Assembly: GCA_035560715.1 (NCBI GenBank)
Contig: DATMYW010000034.1
Location: 16,439-80,438, forward strand
Direction: 5' to 3'
From: Candidatus Fimivivens sp.
GTDB lineage: Bacteria; Patescibacteriota; Minisyncoccia; Moranbacterales; UBA1568
DNA length: 64,000 nucleotides
The notes under the pieces were generated by a model. The model ran no database searches and was not told the DNA's origin. It was given only the letters and a program-made list of their open reading frames with translations. The translations under genes and the position numbers were made by a program. Positions within the stretch are counted from its first letter, which is position 1. Each line of letters begins with the position of its first letter. Positions 47,602-56,920 of this stretch are shown here, piece by piece.

Positions 47602-48795
47602 ATGAGAAATCCATTCGGGCAGAATCATAAGACACCCTCTCTATCGGGACAGAATCGGCACCATCGGATACGCATCGCGATCATAACGATCGCCGCCGTG
47701 CTGTTGGTCATCGGCGGCATCCTCGCCTGGAGGGCCGGATCCGTCATGGAAAAGATTTCGATGGGAAAAGGAAACATCTTCTCAAACATAGTGAAATCGC
47801 TTCCGGGAACGCAGTCGAAGCTCGAGGGTGAGGATGCTGGTCGTATCAATATTCTTCTTCTGGGTGAACGCGGTGCCGGTGTCGACGGAGGCAGTTTCCT
47901 GACGGACACCATCATGGTGCTTTCGGTTCATCCCGGAGACGGCAAGGAAGATGCGCCGAAGGCGTCGCTCGTATCCATTCCCCGCGACCTCTATGTGACA
48001 GTGCCTGGATCGTCGGAACAGCGCAAGATCAATGCGGTCAATGCGCTTGGAGAGGAGAAGGGAGTGGGAAAAGGCATGGAGAACATGAAGACGATCGTGT
48101 CACAAGTGACGGGGCAACCGATTCATTACGCGATAACCATCGATTTCAAGGGATTCGAGCAGCTGATCGACGCCTTAGGTGGGATTACCGTTCATCTCGA
48201 TCAGGCGTTCACCGAAGGGGTCCAATTCCATCAGCCGCAGGTCTGCGACGGATACGTCTATACGGTTCCGACCAAGCCGGCGCAATACGAGCACAAATAC
48301 AAGACCAGTTCCACGGGCGTGAAGCGACTCACCAAGTCTTACCTTCTCTGTTACAACAAGGACGAGGAGTGTGGCGGCACGTTCCAACTGAATGCGGGCG
48401 ACAATGTGCTTGATGGCGCGAAGGCTCTGTGTTACGCGCGCTCACGCGACGCGACCAGCGATTTCGACCGGGCACGTCGTCAGCAGGAAGTCATCAAACA
48501 GATAAAGGAGAAGGCTCTCTCGCTCGGTCTCCTGTCCGACTATTCCAAAATTGACGGCGTAATGAACAGCCTCGGTGACAATGTCCGCACCGATATGGAA
48601 GGATGGGAGTTAAAGCGGCTTTACGATCTCTATAAGTCGGTCGGGAACGCTTCTCTCGCACAGAAGGTTCTCGATACATCGGACGGCGGACTCCTCTATC
48701 ATCCGGAAAACAGTGATCCTACCGCCGGATATATCCTCCTTCCGATCGGCGACAGCTACGAAAAGATTCAAGCGTTGTTTTCGAGTCTCCCGTAG
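47602..48795 (+). CDS. LytR-CpsA-Psr (LCP) family glycopolymer phosphotransferase
   Basis: An N-terminal TM anchor, then INILLLGERGAG....TDTIMVLS, the LCP signature. The start is taken at MRNPF, Met28 of the track ORF. Confidence 0.8.
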   Translation: MRNPFGQNHKTPSLSGQNRHHRIRIAIITIAAVLLVIGGILAWRAGSVMEKISMGKGNIFSNIVKSLPGTQSKLEGEDAGRINILLLGERGAGVDGGSFLTDTIMVLSVHPGDGKEDAPKASLVSIPRDLYVTVPGSSEQRKINAVNALGEEKGVGKGMENMKTIVSQVTGQPIHYAITIDFKGFEQLIDALGGITVHLDQAFTEGVQFHQPQVCDGYVYTVPTKPAQYEHKYKTSSTGVKRLTKSYLLCYNKDEECGGTFQLNAGDNVLDGAKALCYARSRDATSDFDRARRQQEVIKQIKEKALSLGLLSDYSKIDGVMNSLGDNVRTDMEGWELKRLYDLYKSVGNASLAQKVLDTSDGGLLYHPENSDPTAGYILLPIGDSYEKIQALFSSLP

Positions 48796-48876
48796 CGCGC
48801 CGGCTTTGAGCGTGTCTGATGAGACAAACGTCGGCGTATTCTGTCTTCGGGGAGACGTGTAAATCGCATAAATATC

Positions 48877-49689
48877 ATGGGACCGAAGCTCTCCATCGCC
48901 ATCTGCAGCTACCGCAATCCGGAACTGCTTCGTCTCTGTATCGAATCGGTGTATCGCCATGTACGCGGGTTCGATTTCGAGGTGCTGGTGACGGACAGCG
49001 ATACGGAGGAGTCGACACGACTCGTAATTCGGGATTTTCCACAGATCGTCTTTCAGCCGAATACGAGGAACGTCGGTTTTCCCGTTCTCGTCAATCAATC
49101 GCTTGAGCGCTCGACGGGCGAATACGTCTTTTTGATCAATCACGACATCATCCTGACCGAGGGTTCGGCCGACGCTTTACTGCGATTCATGGTATCGCAC
49201 CCTGATGTCGGGATGGTCGGCCCGCGTCAGGTCAACTTCAATGGCAGCGAGCAGACATCCTGTTTCAGATTCTATCGGCCCTGGACGATCGCGTATCGTC
49301 GGACGCTGCTCGGCCGACTGCCGATAGGCAAGAAGCACCTTGACTGGTTCCTCATGAACGATTACGATCGTGACACGTCGAGATCGGTAGATTGGATCAT
49401 GGGATCCGCAATGCTCGTCCGCAGAGAGGCAATGCATGCCGTTGGGCTTATGGATACACGTTTTTTTCTCTATATGGAGGACGTCGATTGGTGCCGGAGA
49501 TTCTGGGACGCGGGATGGAAGGTGGTACATCAGCCCAACGTCACCGTATATCACTATCACGGCAAGGGAAGCGCGAAAGGAGGTTTCCTGCGTTCGCTCT
49601 TCCTGAACCGGCTTACGTGGTACCATATTTCGAGCGCAGCGAAATATTTTCTCAAATATCTCGGAAAACCGCTTCCGAAACATCAATAG
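48877..49689 (+). CDS. GT2-family glycosyltransferase (rhamnosyl/galactofuranosyl-transferase-like)
   Basis: LSIAICSYRNPELL, then DSD, then the ...MEDVDWCRRF block typical of WbbL-like GT2 enzymes. Confidence 0.8.
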   Translation: MGPKLSIAICSYRNPELLRLCIESVYRHVRGFDFEVLVTDSDTEESTRLVIRDFPQIVFQPNTRNVGFPVLVNQSLERSTGEYVFLINHDIILTEGSADALLRFMVSHPDVGMVGPRQVNFNGSEQTSCFRFYRPWTIAYRRTLLGRLPIGKKHLDWFLMNDYDRDTSRSVDWIMGSAMLVRREAMHAVGLMDTRFFLYMEDVDWCRRFWDAGWKVVHQPNVTVYHYHGKGSAKGGFLRSLFLNRLTWYHISSAAKYFLKYLGKPLPKHQ

Positions 49690-49698
49690 AATCTACAC

Positions 49699-51021
49699 AT
49701 GGATGAATCGGCACCAACTGACGGATTGACGAAGGCGGACCGCGTATCGACGCCGGGTCCGGTGGAGAATGAAGAAAGAAACCGTATGCTCATCAAGCGG
49801 ATATTATACGTCTTTTTCGTTCTCGGCGCAGCATTCTTCGCGTATCAGTTCGGCGTTGAGCGCGGCAGATCGGATTCACCGACCGTCGACGGATCAGCCC
49901 TGATCCGGCCCGGAGAAGCGTTATTCGTCAATTCGGAGTCACGCGACAAAACCATTGACTTTTCGCTCTATTGGAGGGTATGGAATATACTGAAGGACAA
50001 ATACGTCGATCGATCCAATCTGGACGCCAGAAAACTCTTCTACGGATCCATCAAGGGTATGCTTGCGGCGACCGGCGATCCGTATACGACCTTCTTCGAT
50101 CCGGAAGAGCAGAAATCGTTCAACGAGGACATGTCTGGGAAATTCGAGGGTATCGGAGCCGAAATGGGCATGCGGGACGGCGTTCTTACGGTCATAGCAC
50201 CGCTCGACGCTTCTCCCGCGGAGAAAGCCGGACTCCGTCCGAATGACAAGATCCTGAAGGTTGACGGCGAAAAAACCACGAACCTGAGTCTTGAGGAGGC
50301 AGTCGGAATGATTCGCGGTCCAAAGGGTACTGAAGTGAGCCTCAACATCTTCAGCGAGGGCGGGCAGGAAGCACGCGACGTTACCGTGGTGCGCGACATA
50401 ATCAACGTAAAAAGCGTGAGAACCGATTTTCGAGATGACGGTACCGCGATCATTCGCGTGAGCAAGTTCGGGGATACGACGGAAAAGGAGTTCAGAAACG
50501 CAGCAGAGACCGTCGCCGGAAAGAATCCTACCGGCATCGTTCTTGATTTGCGCAGCAATCCGGGGGGATTGCTCGATGCGGCAGTCGCCATGGGAAGCCT
50601 TATGATTCCGTCGGGACGACCGGTCGTCTGGGAGGAAGATGCCAAGGGAAACCGAACCGCTGAACGGACTTCGGGCGGGGACATACTCTCGAAAATTCCC
50701 ACCGTGGTCCTTATCGATGAGGGGAGCGCAAGCGCATCAGAAATTCTTGCCGGCGCGCTTCGTGAGGATAGGGACAACGTCGAACTCGTCGGGAAAAAGT
50801 CTTATGGAAAGGGTTCCGTACAGGAACTCGTGCCGCTCGGCACCAGCATGTCGGTCAAAGTGACCATAGCGCGATGGCTTACGCCTGATGGCAATCAGAT
50901 AAACGACAAGGGAATTGCACCGGATACGGAGGTTTCTATCACGATCGACGATATAAAGGCCGGACGCGATCCGCAGATGGATAAAGCGCTCGAAGTACTG
51001 ACCGGGCGCCTCCATCGTTAG
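49699..51021 (+). CDS. Carboxyl-terminal processing protease (S41 family) with PDZ domain
   Basis: A TM anchor, a PDZ domain (GLRPNDKILKVDG), and the S41 catalytic Ser/Lys region (GSASASEILAG....KKSYGKGSVQ). An alternative start at Met30 (49786) is possible. Confidence 0.85.
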   Translation: MDESAPTDGLTKADRVSTPGPVENEERNRMLIKRILYVFFVLGAAFFAYQFGVERGRSDSPTVDGSALIRPGEALFVNSESRDKTIDFSLYWRVWNILKDKYVDRSNLDARKLFYGSIKGMLAATGDPYTTFFDPEEQKSFNEDMSGKFEGIGAEMGMRDGVLTVIAPLDASPAEKAGLRPNDKILKVDGEKTTNLSLEEAVGMIRGPKGTEVSLNIFSEGGQEARDVTVVRDIINVKSVRTDFRDDGTAIIRVSKFGDTTEKEFRNAAETVAGKNPTGIVLDLRSNPGGLLDAAVAMGSLMIPSGRPVVWEEDAKGNRTAERTSGGDILSKIPTVVLIDEGSASASEILAGALREDRDNVELVGKKSYGKGSVQELVPLGTSMSVKVTIARWLTPDGNQINDKGIAPDTEVSITIDDIKAGRDPQMDKALEVLTGRLHR

Positions 51022-51132
51022 GGTGTCGGACAAGGAAGGATCTCTGGCGAGTGATGGATTGTAGCGCCTTGACCAGGAGCGACTCTATCTGTAAAATATG
51101 GTTCGGTTAGTAATTCTTGACTGAATCGACTT

Positions 51133-51408
51133 ATGACAAAGACGATCGTAAAACCCCTTGGAGAAAACGTTCTCATTGCTCCGGAAAAGGCGGAGAAAAA
51201 GACGGCTGCGGGGATTTATCTCCCAGACAGTGCTTCCGAAGAGCGCCCGCAGCAAGGCAAGGTACTTGCAGTCGGTGATGGCGAGTCCGTCTCCGTGAAG
51301 AAAGGTCAGACCGTCATCTATACACGCTATGGCGGAACAGAGGTCAAGATCGACGGGGAGGACCGACTGCTTGTTCCGTTCAAGGACGTGCTCGCGATCG
51401 TCGAGTAG
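51133..51408 (+). CDS. groS: Co-chaperonin GroES
   Basis: The 91-aa product matches Cpn10 along its full length, including the mobile loop. No groEL follows. Confidence 0.9.
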   Translation: MTKTIVKPLGENVLIAPEKAEKKTAAGIYLPDSASEERPQQGKVLAVGDGESVSVKKGQTVIYTRYGGTEVKIDGEDRLLVPFKDVLAIVE

Positions 51409-51555
51409 TCCCGCATATTACCGCGCGCTGTCCTGGGGGAAAAGTATACATTCTATAGGGTTCCCGAATATGTAATCGGATTGACACCGGTCGTTTTTGA
51501 GTGTACCGTGAGTCAATCACATTACCAATACATCAACCCTAAGGAGGGCAGTACC

Positions 51556-52359
51556 ATGAGAATACCCGTAATAGGTACGGGGCATCCGGAGAAAACGTCG
51601 GCATGTGAGATGGCATATTGCCATGGTAAACTGTATCTGTCGCTGACTCAGGAGGCATTCCGCTTTCTCTCGGAATCCGATATCCCGAATCTCACCCGAC
51701 CCGCGGATACGTACGGGAATATTTTGGGACTCCGAGCCTCATTCTCGGTTCCCAAGAGTCAGCATGACCGACTCGGTTTCGGATCAGTATTCATTCCCGA
51801 TTACAAAATGCCGTATTCTTCGGGTCGGGAAAAGAATTCGTTCACCTGGTCATATCAGATCGCTCCGTCAACCGAATCCCTGCAAAACGTAATCTCGACT
51901 CTCGCAAACATCTCGGATGCTTTGCGATCATACGGATCGTCGAGACCCGTGCATCTTCCAGGGATGCATGCCGCACCCATCATTTCCAAGACCGGAAGGG
52001 ATAGTCCGTACGCGTATGGTGTCGCATTCCCAGCGGCAGTGGGTACGTTCTGGAGCGGTTCTCCTGACACTTATTCTCGGCACGAGTCGCCCGCGAACGC
52101 GATGCGCGAAGTACTCGATCTCCTGGGGCGAACTTCTGAAATGACAACGGAATGTATCGAAGCCGATTCTCAGGAAGGACTCGTGCGGATTCGCTGTCCG
52201 GATGGAAAGGGCACGTTTCTCGAGCGCGCTGTCAGTCGCACGCCTTCTTGTTATGTCCTGCTTTTTCCCAAAGGTCATCCGTCGATACGGCAGTATATCG
52301 TCCTGCTCTGCGGCGCGGCGGAAATCTTTAGAATAGCCCGCGATGCGATATCGCGTTAA
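51556..52359 (+). CDS. Hypothetical soluble protein, 267 aa, no recognisable domain
   Basis: A strong SD, AAGGAGGG, lies 7 nt upstream of the ATG (Met26 of the track ORF). A terminator hairpin follows. Confidence 0.5.
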   Translation: MRIPVIGTGHPEKTSACEMAYCHGKLYLSLTQEAFRFLSESDIPNLTRPADTYGNILGLRASFSVPKSQHDRLGFGSVFIPDYKMPYSSGREKNSFTWSYQIAPSTESLQNVISTLANISDALRSYGSSRPVHLPGMHAAPIISKTGRDSPYAYGVAFPAAVGTFWSGSPDTYSRHESPANAMREVLDLLGRTSEMTTECIEADSQEGLVRIRCPDGKGTFLERAVSRTPSCYVLLFPKGHPSIRQYIVLLCGAAEIFRIARDAISR

Positions 52360-52366
52360 CGAACAT

Positions 52367-52396
52367 GCCGGACATCAAAACTGTCCGGCTTTCGAT
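52367..52396 (+). terminator. Hairpin terminator GCCGGACA, a TCAAAAC loop, TGTCCGGC, then TTTCGATT
   Basis: An 8-bp stem with a U-rich tail, 8 nt after the stop, between convergent genes. Confidence 0.45.
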
Positions 52397-52427
52397 TCGT
52401 CACTGAAGAAGTCGGGCTGAACGTCGA

Positions 52428-53246
52428 CTATCGGATATCCGAACACGCACCCTTGAGCGTCCGTACCGAGAAGAAACCGAGATCGAAGAGGTGTACGGCA
52501 CCGTTAAATGCGTCATCGGCAGTGTCTGCGCAAAGAAGGATGTTCGAAGCGACGGGAAGTTCCCCTCGTCGTTTTTCGATTTCATGATAGGGAATGTTCA
52601 GCGCACCCGTTATGCGATCCTTACCCGACGTCTCAGACGACCGTATATCGACGGGATAGTAAGAGATTTCCCCCTGGGAAATCAGGCTTTTCCACGTCGC
52701 GGCGTCGATAAAGGTTACCTTGGAACGATCAATGGGCGAGGATGAATTCGGCGCAGTGATGACCGACCCGCCTGCCTGGATCCATCCGCCAAGATCGTCG
52801 GCCACGAACGCGTACGGCACCTCCTTTTTCGAAAGAGCTTCCGAAGCGCCCTCATCTTTCGATGCGTCGCCTGATGATACGAGCAGTACGGTTCCGCCTT
52901 CGGGAACATCAAGTCCGGCCAATTGATCGGGAGACGCGATATCGATCGATCCAGCCGCATGGGAGAGAGCGAACTCAGAATCCGATCGGAGGTCTGCGAC
53001 GATGACGGGAGTACCCGCAGTGAGCATCGACCGGAGATCGCTCACCGAAAGCGAGGGGAGAGACCGCTTCTCCGATGCCGACCGCGTATCATCGCCGGTC
53101 GATCCGGTGACCTGTCGTGTCACGGAACCCTTTATCGCGAAAAATCCGAGAACGATCACTACCAGACCGAAACCGATCAGCATCGCGATCGAGTCTTGTT
53201 TCGAGGTCATTCGAGTTTCCGTTGTTGTGTTCATGTCCGTGTTCAT
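52428..53246 (-). CDS. Membrane-anchored rhodanese-like (sulfurtransferase-fold) protein with tandem domains
   Basis: An N-terminal TM anchor and two rhodanese-like halves. The active-site loop, LLCADTADDAF, has the Cys but no canonical Arg. Confidence 0.55.
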   Translation of the reverse strand: MNTDMNTTTETRMTSKQDSIAMLIGFGLVVIVLGFFAIKGSVTRQVTGSTGDDTRSASEKRSLPSLSVSDLRSMLTAGTPVIVADLRSDSEFALSHAAGSIDIASPDQLAGLDVPEGGTVLLVSSGDASKDEGASEALSKKEVPYAFVADDLGGWIQAGGSVITAPNSSSPIDRSKVTFIDAATWKSLISQGEISYYPVDIRSSETSGKDRITGALNIPYHEIEKRRGELPVASNILLCADTADDAFNGAVHLFDLGFFSVRTLKGACSDIR

Positions 53247-53326
53247 TCGGGAGCATCCTCCCTTCGGGCCCAGTATATCACCTTTTCATGATTTCTTGGA
53301 GCCCGACAGCACGTCGAGACAACGAC

Positions 53327-54322
53327 TTAGCCGAGTATTGCGCCTATGAATTCCGGGCGACCGTTCAAAAAATCCCGAATCGGCATAGGCGCCTTTCCTT
53401 CCGGCTGAATTTCCTCGATGAACACGACTCCGAGTCCCGTGCGCACGGCGACGTTCTCACCCATCTCGAACACTTCTCCGAATTTCCTCTCCACCGAGGG
53501 ATCTGACTTCTGAATTGATATCTTTGTCAGCTTGAGACGGAGCAACCCTTCCTCACGTCTCCAGAACGTGAATATGCCCGGCCATGGATGAAGTCCTCGA
53601 TAACGGTTCAGAATCGCGATGGCGGTATCATTCCAGAATATCCGACCGTCCTCGCGTTCGATCAGTTCGCACAGTGTAGCGTCCGATCCGCATTGTTCCC
53701 TCGGTGTGATCCGTTTTTCGATCCAGCGGGGGATCACGCCGTCGAGAAGCCTTAGTCCATCCTCGGACATGCGTTTCAGGAGACTTTCGGTCGTATCGCC
53801 GTCATCGATGACGAGCGATACCTGGGAAAGGATCGGCCCGGTATCCACGCCTTCGTCCATCAGCATGACGGTGACACCGGTCTCGGTATCGCCGCAAAGC
53901 AGCGCGTTCTGAACCGGCGAGGCACCGCGCCATCGTGGCAGCATCGACGCATGAACGTTCACGCATCCGAAACCGGGCATATCCAGTACGTCCTGCGGAA
54001 GGATGCGTCCGTACGCCGCGACGATAACGAGGTCCGGCTCGTATGATCTGAGTCTCGCGACGGCATTCTCATCGAAACGAACGGGCTGTTCGACCGGAAT
54101 CTTCCTGTCGATGGCGATTTGTTTGACGGCAGAGGGAACGATTTCACGCTTCCGACCCGCCGGTTTGTCATGTCTGGTATAGACGGCAACGACATTGTAT
54201 CCGCGATCCAGAATGCCTGAAAGTATGTCACCCGCGAATGTCGGAGTGCCCATGAATACGACTCGGACTTTTGGAACCGGGGGAACATCCGTCGGATCCG
54301 TCTTGACCGAATCAGAGTGCAT
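53327..54322 (-). CDS. fmt: Methionyl-tRNA formyltransferase
   Basis: VVFMGTPTFAGD, then the HASMLPRWRGASP (SLLP-like) motif, then the C-terminal domain. The start is taken at Met63 of the track ORF, overlapping def by 11 nt. Confidence 0.85.
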   Translation of the reverse strand: MHSDSVKTDPTDVPPVPKVRVVFMGTPTFAGDILSGILDRGYNVVAVYTRHDKPAGRKREIVPSAVKQIAIDRKIPVEQPVRFDENAVARLRSYEPDLVIVAAYGRILPQDVLDMPGFGCVNVHASMLPRWRGASPVQNALLCGDTETGVTVMLMDEGVDTGPILSQVSLVIDDGDTTESLLKRMSEDGLRLLDGVIPRWIEKRITPREQCGSDATLCELIEREDGRIFWNDTAIAILNRYRGLHPWPGIFTFWRREEGLLRLKLTKISIQKSDPSVERKFGEVFEMGENVAVRTGLGVVFIEEIQPEGKAPMPIRDFLNGRPEFIGAILG

Positions 54323-54803
54323 AGTTTTTATCTGAGGATTGCCTATCGACATCGTTTTCGTTGACGCGGTCCGTAAAGAGGATGCCTTCGAGATGGTCGA
54401 ACTCATGCTGGAGCACGGCGGCGAGAAACCCTTCGGCGTCGATCCGCTTCCGTTCCCCGTTCTGATCGATGTACTCCATCGTGGCACGTTTCGACCGATC
54501 GATGACATAATACCGATCCGGAACGCTCAGACAACCCTCTTCCGACGTCATCGTCTCATCCGACAACATAGTGAAGACCGGATTAAAGAAAACGGATACG
54601 CGGCCGTCGACCTCGATGACGAACAACCGCAGCGGACGGCCTACTTGGGGTGCCGCGAGTCCGACGCCGTCTGATACGCGCATCAGACTGATCATGTCGG
54701 TAACCAGCCTGCGCATTTCCGACGTTTTGACATCCGAAACGCGGGCGGCCTTCTTTCGGAGTGCGCCTTCAGTGTCTTTGTCGATAGTGAGGATGTCCAG
54801 CAT
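54312..54803 (-). CDS. def: Peptide deformylase
   Basis: All three signature motifs are present: GLAAPQVG, EGCLS and HEFDHL. Confidence 0.9.
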   Translation of the reverse strand: MLDILTIDKDTEGALRKKAARVSDVKTSEMRRLVTDMISLMRVSDGVGLAAPQVGRPLRLFVIEVDGRVSVFFNPVFTMLSDETMTSEEGCLSVPDRYYVIDRSKRATMEYIDQNGERKRIDAEGFLAAVLQHEFDHLEGILFTDRVNENDVDRQSSDKNYAL

Positions 54804-54810
54804 ATCGTGT

Positions 54811-56802
54811 TCAGGTCAGTGAAATCGGATCGGGGTCGAACGTCCAGGCGGTTCTGATATCAAGCAATACGTTTCGCAACGGTTCGGGAAACGGCGTTTC
54901 ACGGGGCACCGTCACCAGAACGCTGCGCTCATACCGCCCACGAACCTTCGGGATAAGCGGCTTCATGGGGGATGATATCCGAACGGTCTTCGTTTCGCTG
55001 ACGAATTCCCTGAATCGATCGCACGCATCTTCCGCGGCCCGTTTCGCTTCCGATTCAATCGTATCACGAAATGATATTCGGAACAGTCGATAATTCGGCG
55101 GATATCGCAACGATTCCCGATCGCGGGAGACCTGACCCATCAGCTCGCTGACTGATTGCTGAGCAATGTGCTGCAGCAGCTGCCGTTCCGGTCGGTATGT
55201 CTGGACGATGACGGTGCCGTCCCTTCCTATGAGCGACTTGGCTCGGGAGATGACCCGAAGAAACCGCTCGTCGGCCTGATAATCGGGAAACGAGAGGAAA
55301 TTGTCCGCGTCCATGATAGCAATCAGTGAGGCTTTCGGCAACCCGCCGATATTGAGGACGGAAGGCGTTCCGATCAGTATGCCGGCCGACTGCGCCGCCT
55401 CGTACGACTTGGATCGGTCGGCCTTTCGGAAGGTCTTCTCGTCTATCCGAAACATTGTCGCGCCGCCGAACAGCCTCGCGGCCTCACGCTCGATCTTCTC
55501 CGTGCCGGTCCCAACGGTACGGAATTCCAGTGACCCGCACTTCGCGCAGCGAGGGAATGAAACCGTCCTATAGGGGCACGAAGGGCATCTGAACCCGCCT
55601 TCCCGTGTCGACCGAAGCGCCCGGTCGCAGTCGGGACATCGCGGCACTTCCTTGCACGAGACACAGACCGAAAACGAATCGAATCCGCCACGGCTGACGA
55701 TGAGCAGGACCTGTCTTCCGTCTTTCCTTGCCAAGATGACGGCGTCACGCAGTTCATCCGAAATCGGAGAATAGTTCTTTTTCCATCGTTCCTTGCGCAT
55801 ATCGACGGTCGAAATTCGTGCCGCCGGGGGATCCGGAACTCCTTCGCCGAAACGCAGAACCCTGACCTCGCCCATTCGTTCCCGCAGTGCCGTGTCGAGT
55901 CCCTCGACCGAACCTGCCAGAAGGAGTTTTGATTCGTGGAGCCGTGCCAGTGTCATGGCGACGCGGCGTGCGTCGTATCGCGGACTCATGTCCCATTGTT
56001 TGTATCCCACCGCCTCGGCTTCCTCGAGCAGTACGACGAGTCCGAGTTTCCTGAAGGGAGCGAACAGCGCCTGACGCGTACCGATGACGATATCCGCCTG
56101 ACCGGATCGGATCCGTTCCCATGCGTCGAAATACGCTCCGTCACTTTGCGAGCCGGAGAGCGTCGCTACGCGCTCCGCGCCGAAGCATCGATGGAGTTCG
56201 CGTTCCACGAAAGGGATAGCGATCAATTCCGGCACAAGCACGAGAACCTGCGATCGCCGCCCGATATCCCGCTTCGCGCCGGAAGTTATGCGTAGCGATG
56301 TCGTAATGTCGGTCTCCAGGAAGAACGGCTTCGCGTCAGACGGATCAAGAAGCGTCTTCACGGCGTCAGATTCGTCGCGAGTGAGACGGAAGGTCTGACT
56401 CGGAATGGTATCAGTCATATGAGTTTTCGCCCGTTCCTTCACGGTATGTGGAAGGAAATGCCCGAGCGTTTTCCCGAGAGGGGTAATGCATTCGGCCGAT
56501 ATCGACTCGGCGAGCACGATCTGTCCGTCGGTGATGAACGATTCGCGGATGATCGACTTCACATATCTGAACCGCCCACTCGGACGTTCTGCCGGAGCGA
56601 TACGTTCGCACGTGAGGACGATACCCCTGACCGTCCTCGGTCCGAAGGGGACCATGACGAGAGAACCGCGCGGAATGACTGATTCCGACAGATACGAATA
56701 CCGCTGCCGGTTCCGGAGGGGAATCGGTACGACCGGCACGATATCACAAAAATAGAGGGATTCCGGACTCATGTGTCCATTGTAGCCGTTCCCGACCCGC
56801 AC
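54811..56802 (-). CDS. priA: Primosomal protein N' (PriA) homologue with degenerate Walker A and DExH motifs
   Basis: Collinear with PriA throughout: VLVLVPE, IVIGTR, the CxxC...CxxC...CxxC...CxxC zinc module, and IVQTYRPE. Walker A reads ITSGAKRD and motif II reads LLEEAE. Confidence 0.75.
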   Translation of the reverse strand: MRVGNGYNGHMSPESLYFCDIVPVVPIPLRNRQRYSYLSESVIPRGSLVMVPFGPRTVRGIVLTCERIAPAERPSGRFRYVKSIIRESFITDGQIVLAESISAECITPLGKTLGHFLPHTVKERAKTHMTDTIPSQTFRLTRDESDAVKTLLDPSDAKPFFLETDITTSLRITSGAKRDIGRRSQVLVLVPELIAIPFVERELHRCFGAERVATLSGSQSDGAYFDAWERIRSGQADIVIGTRQALFAPFRKLGLVVLLEEAEAVGYKQWDMSPRYDARRVAMTLARLHESKLLLAGSVEGLDTALRERMGEVRVLRFGEGVPDPPAARISTVDMRKERWKKNYSPISDELRDAVILARKDGRQVLLIVSRGGFDSFSVCVSCKEVPRCPDCDRALRSTREGGFRCPSCPYRTVSFPRCAKCGSLEFRTVGTGTEKIEREAARLFGGATMFRIDEKTFRKADRSKSYEAAQSAGILIGTPSVLNIGGLPKASLIAIMDADNFLSFPDYQADERFLRVISRAKSLIGRDGTVIVQTYRPERQLLQHIAQQSVSELMGQVSRDRESLRYPPNYRLFRISFRDTIESEAKRAAEDACDRFREFVSETKTVRISSPMKPLIPKVRGRYERSVLVTVPRETPFPEPLRNVLLDIRTAWTFDPDPISLT

Positions 56803-56920
56803 CGCGATATTGACACGGACGCGGAATATGACCTGATAATTCGACAGGTCATATCGGAGTGCTACTATATGGTTATCAGCTCACTCCGGCAGTATTCAAT
56901 ATCAATTTCGCGTAGCCAGT

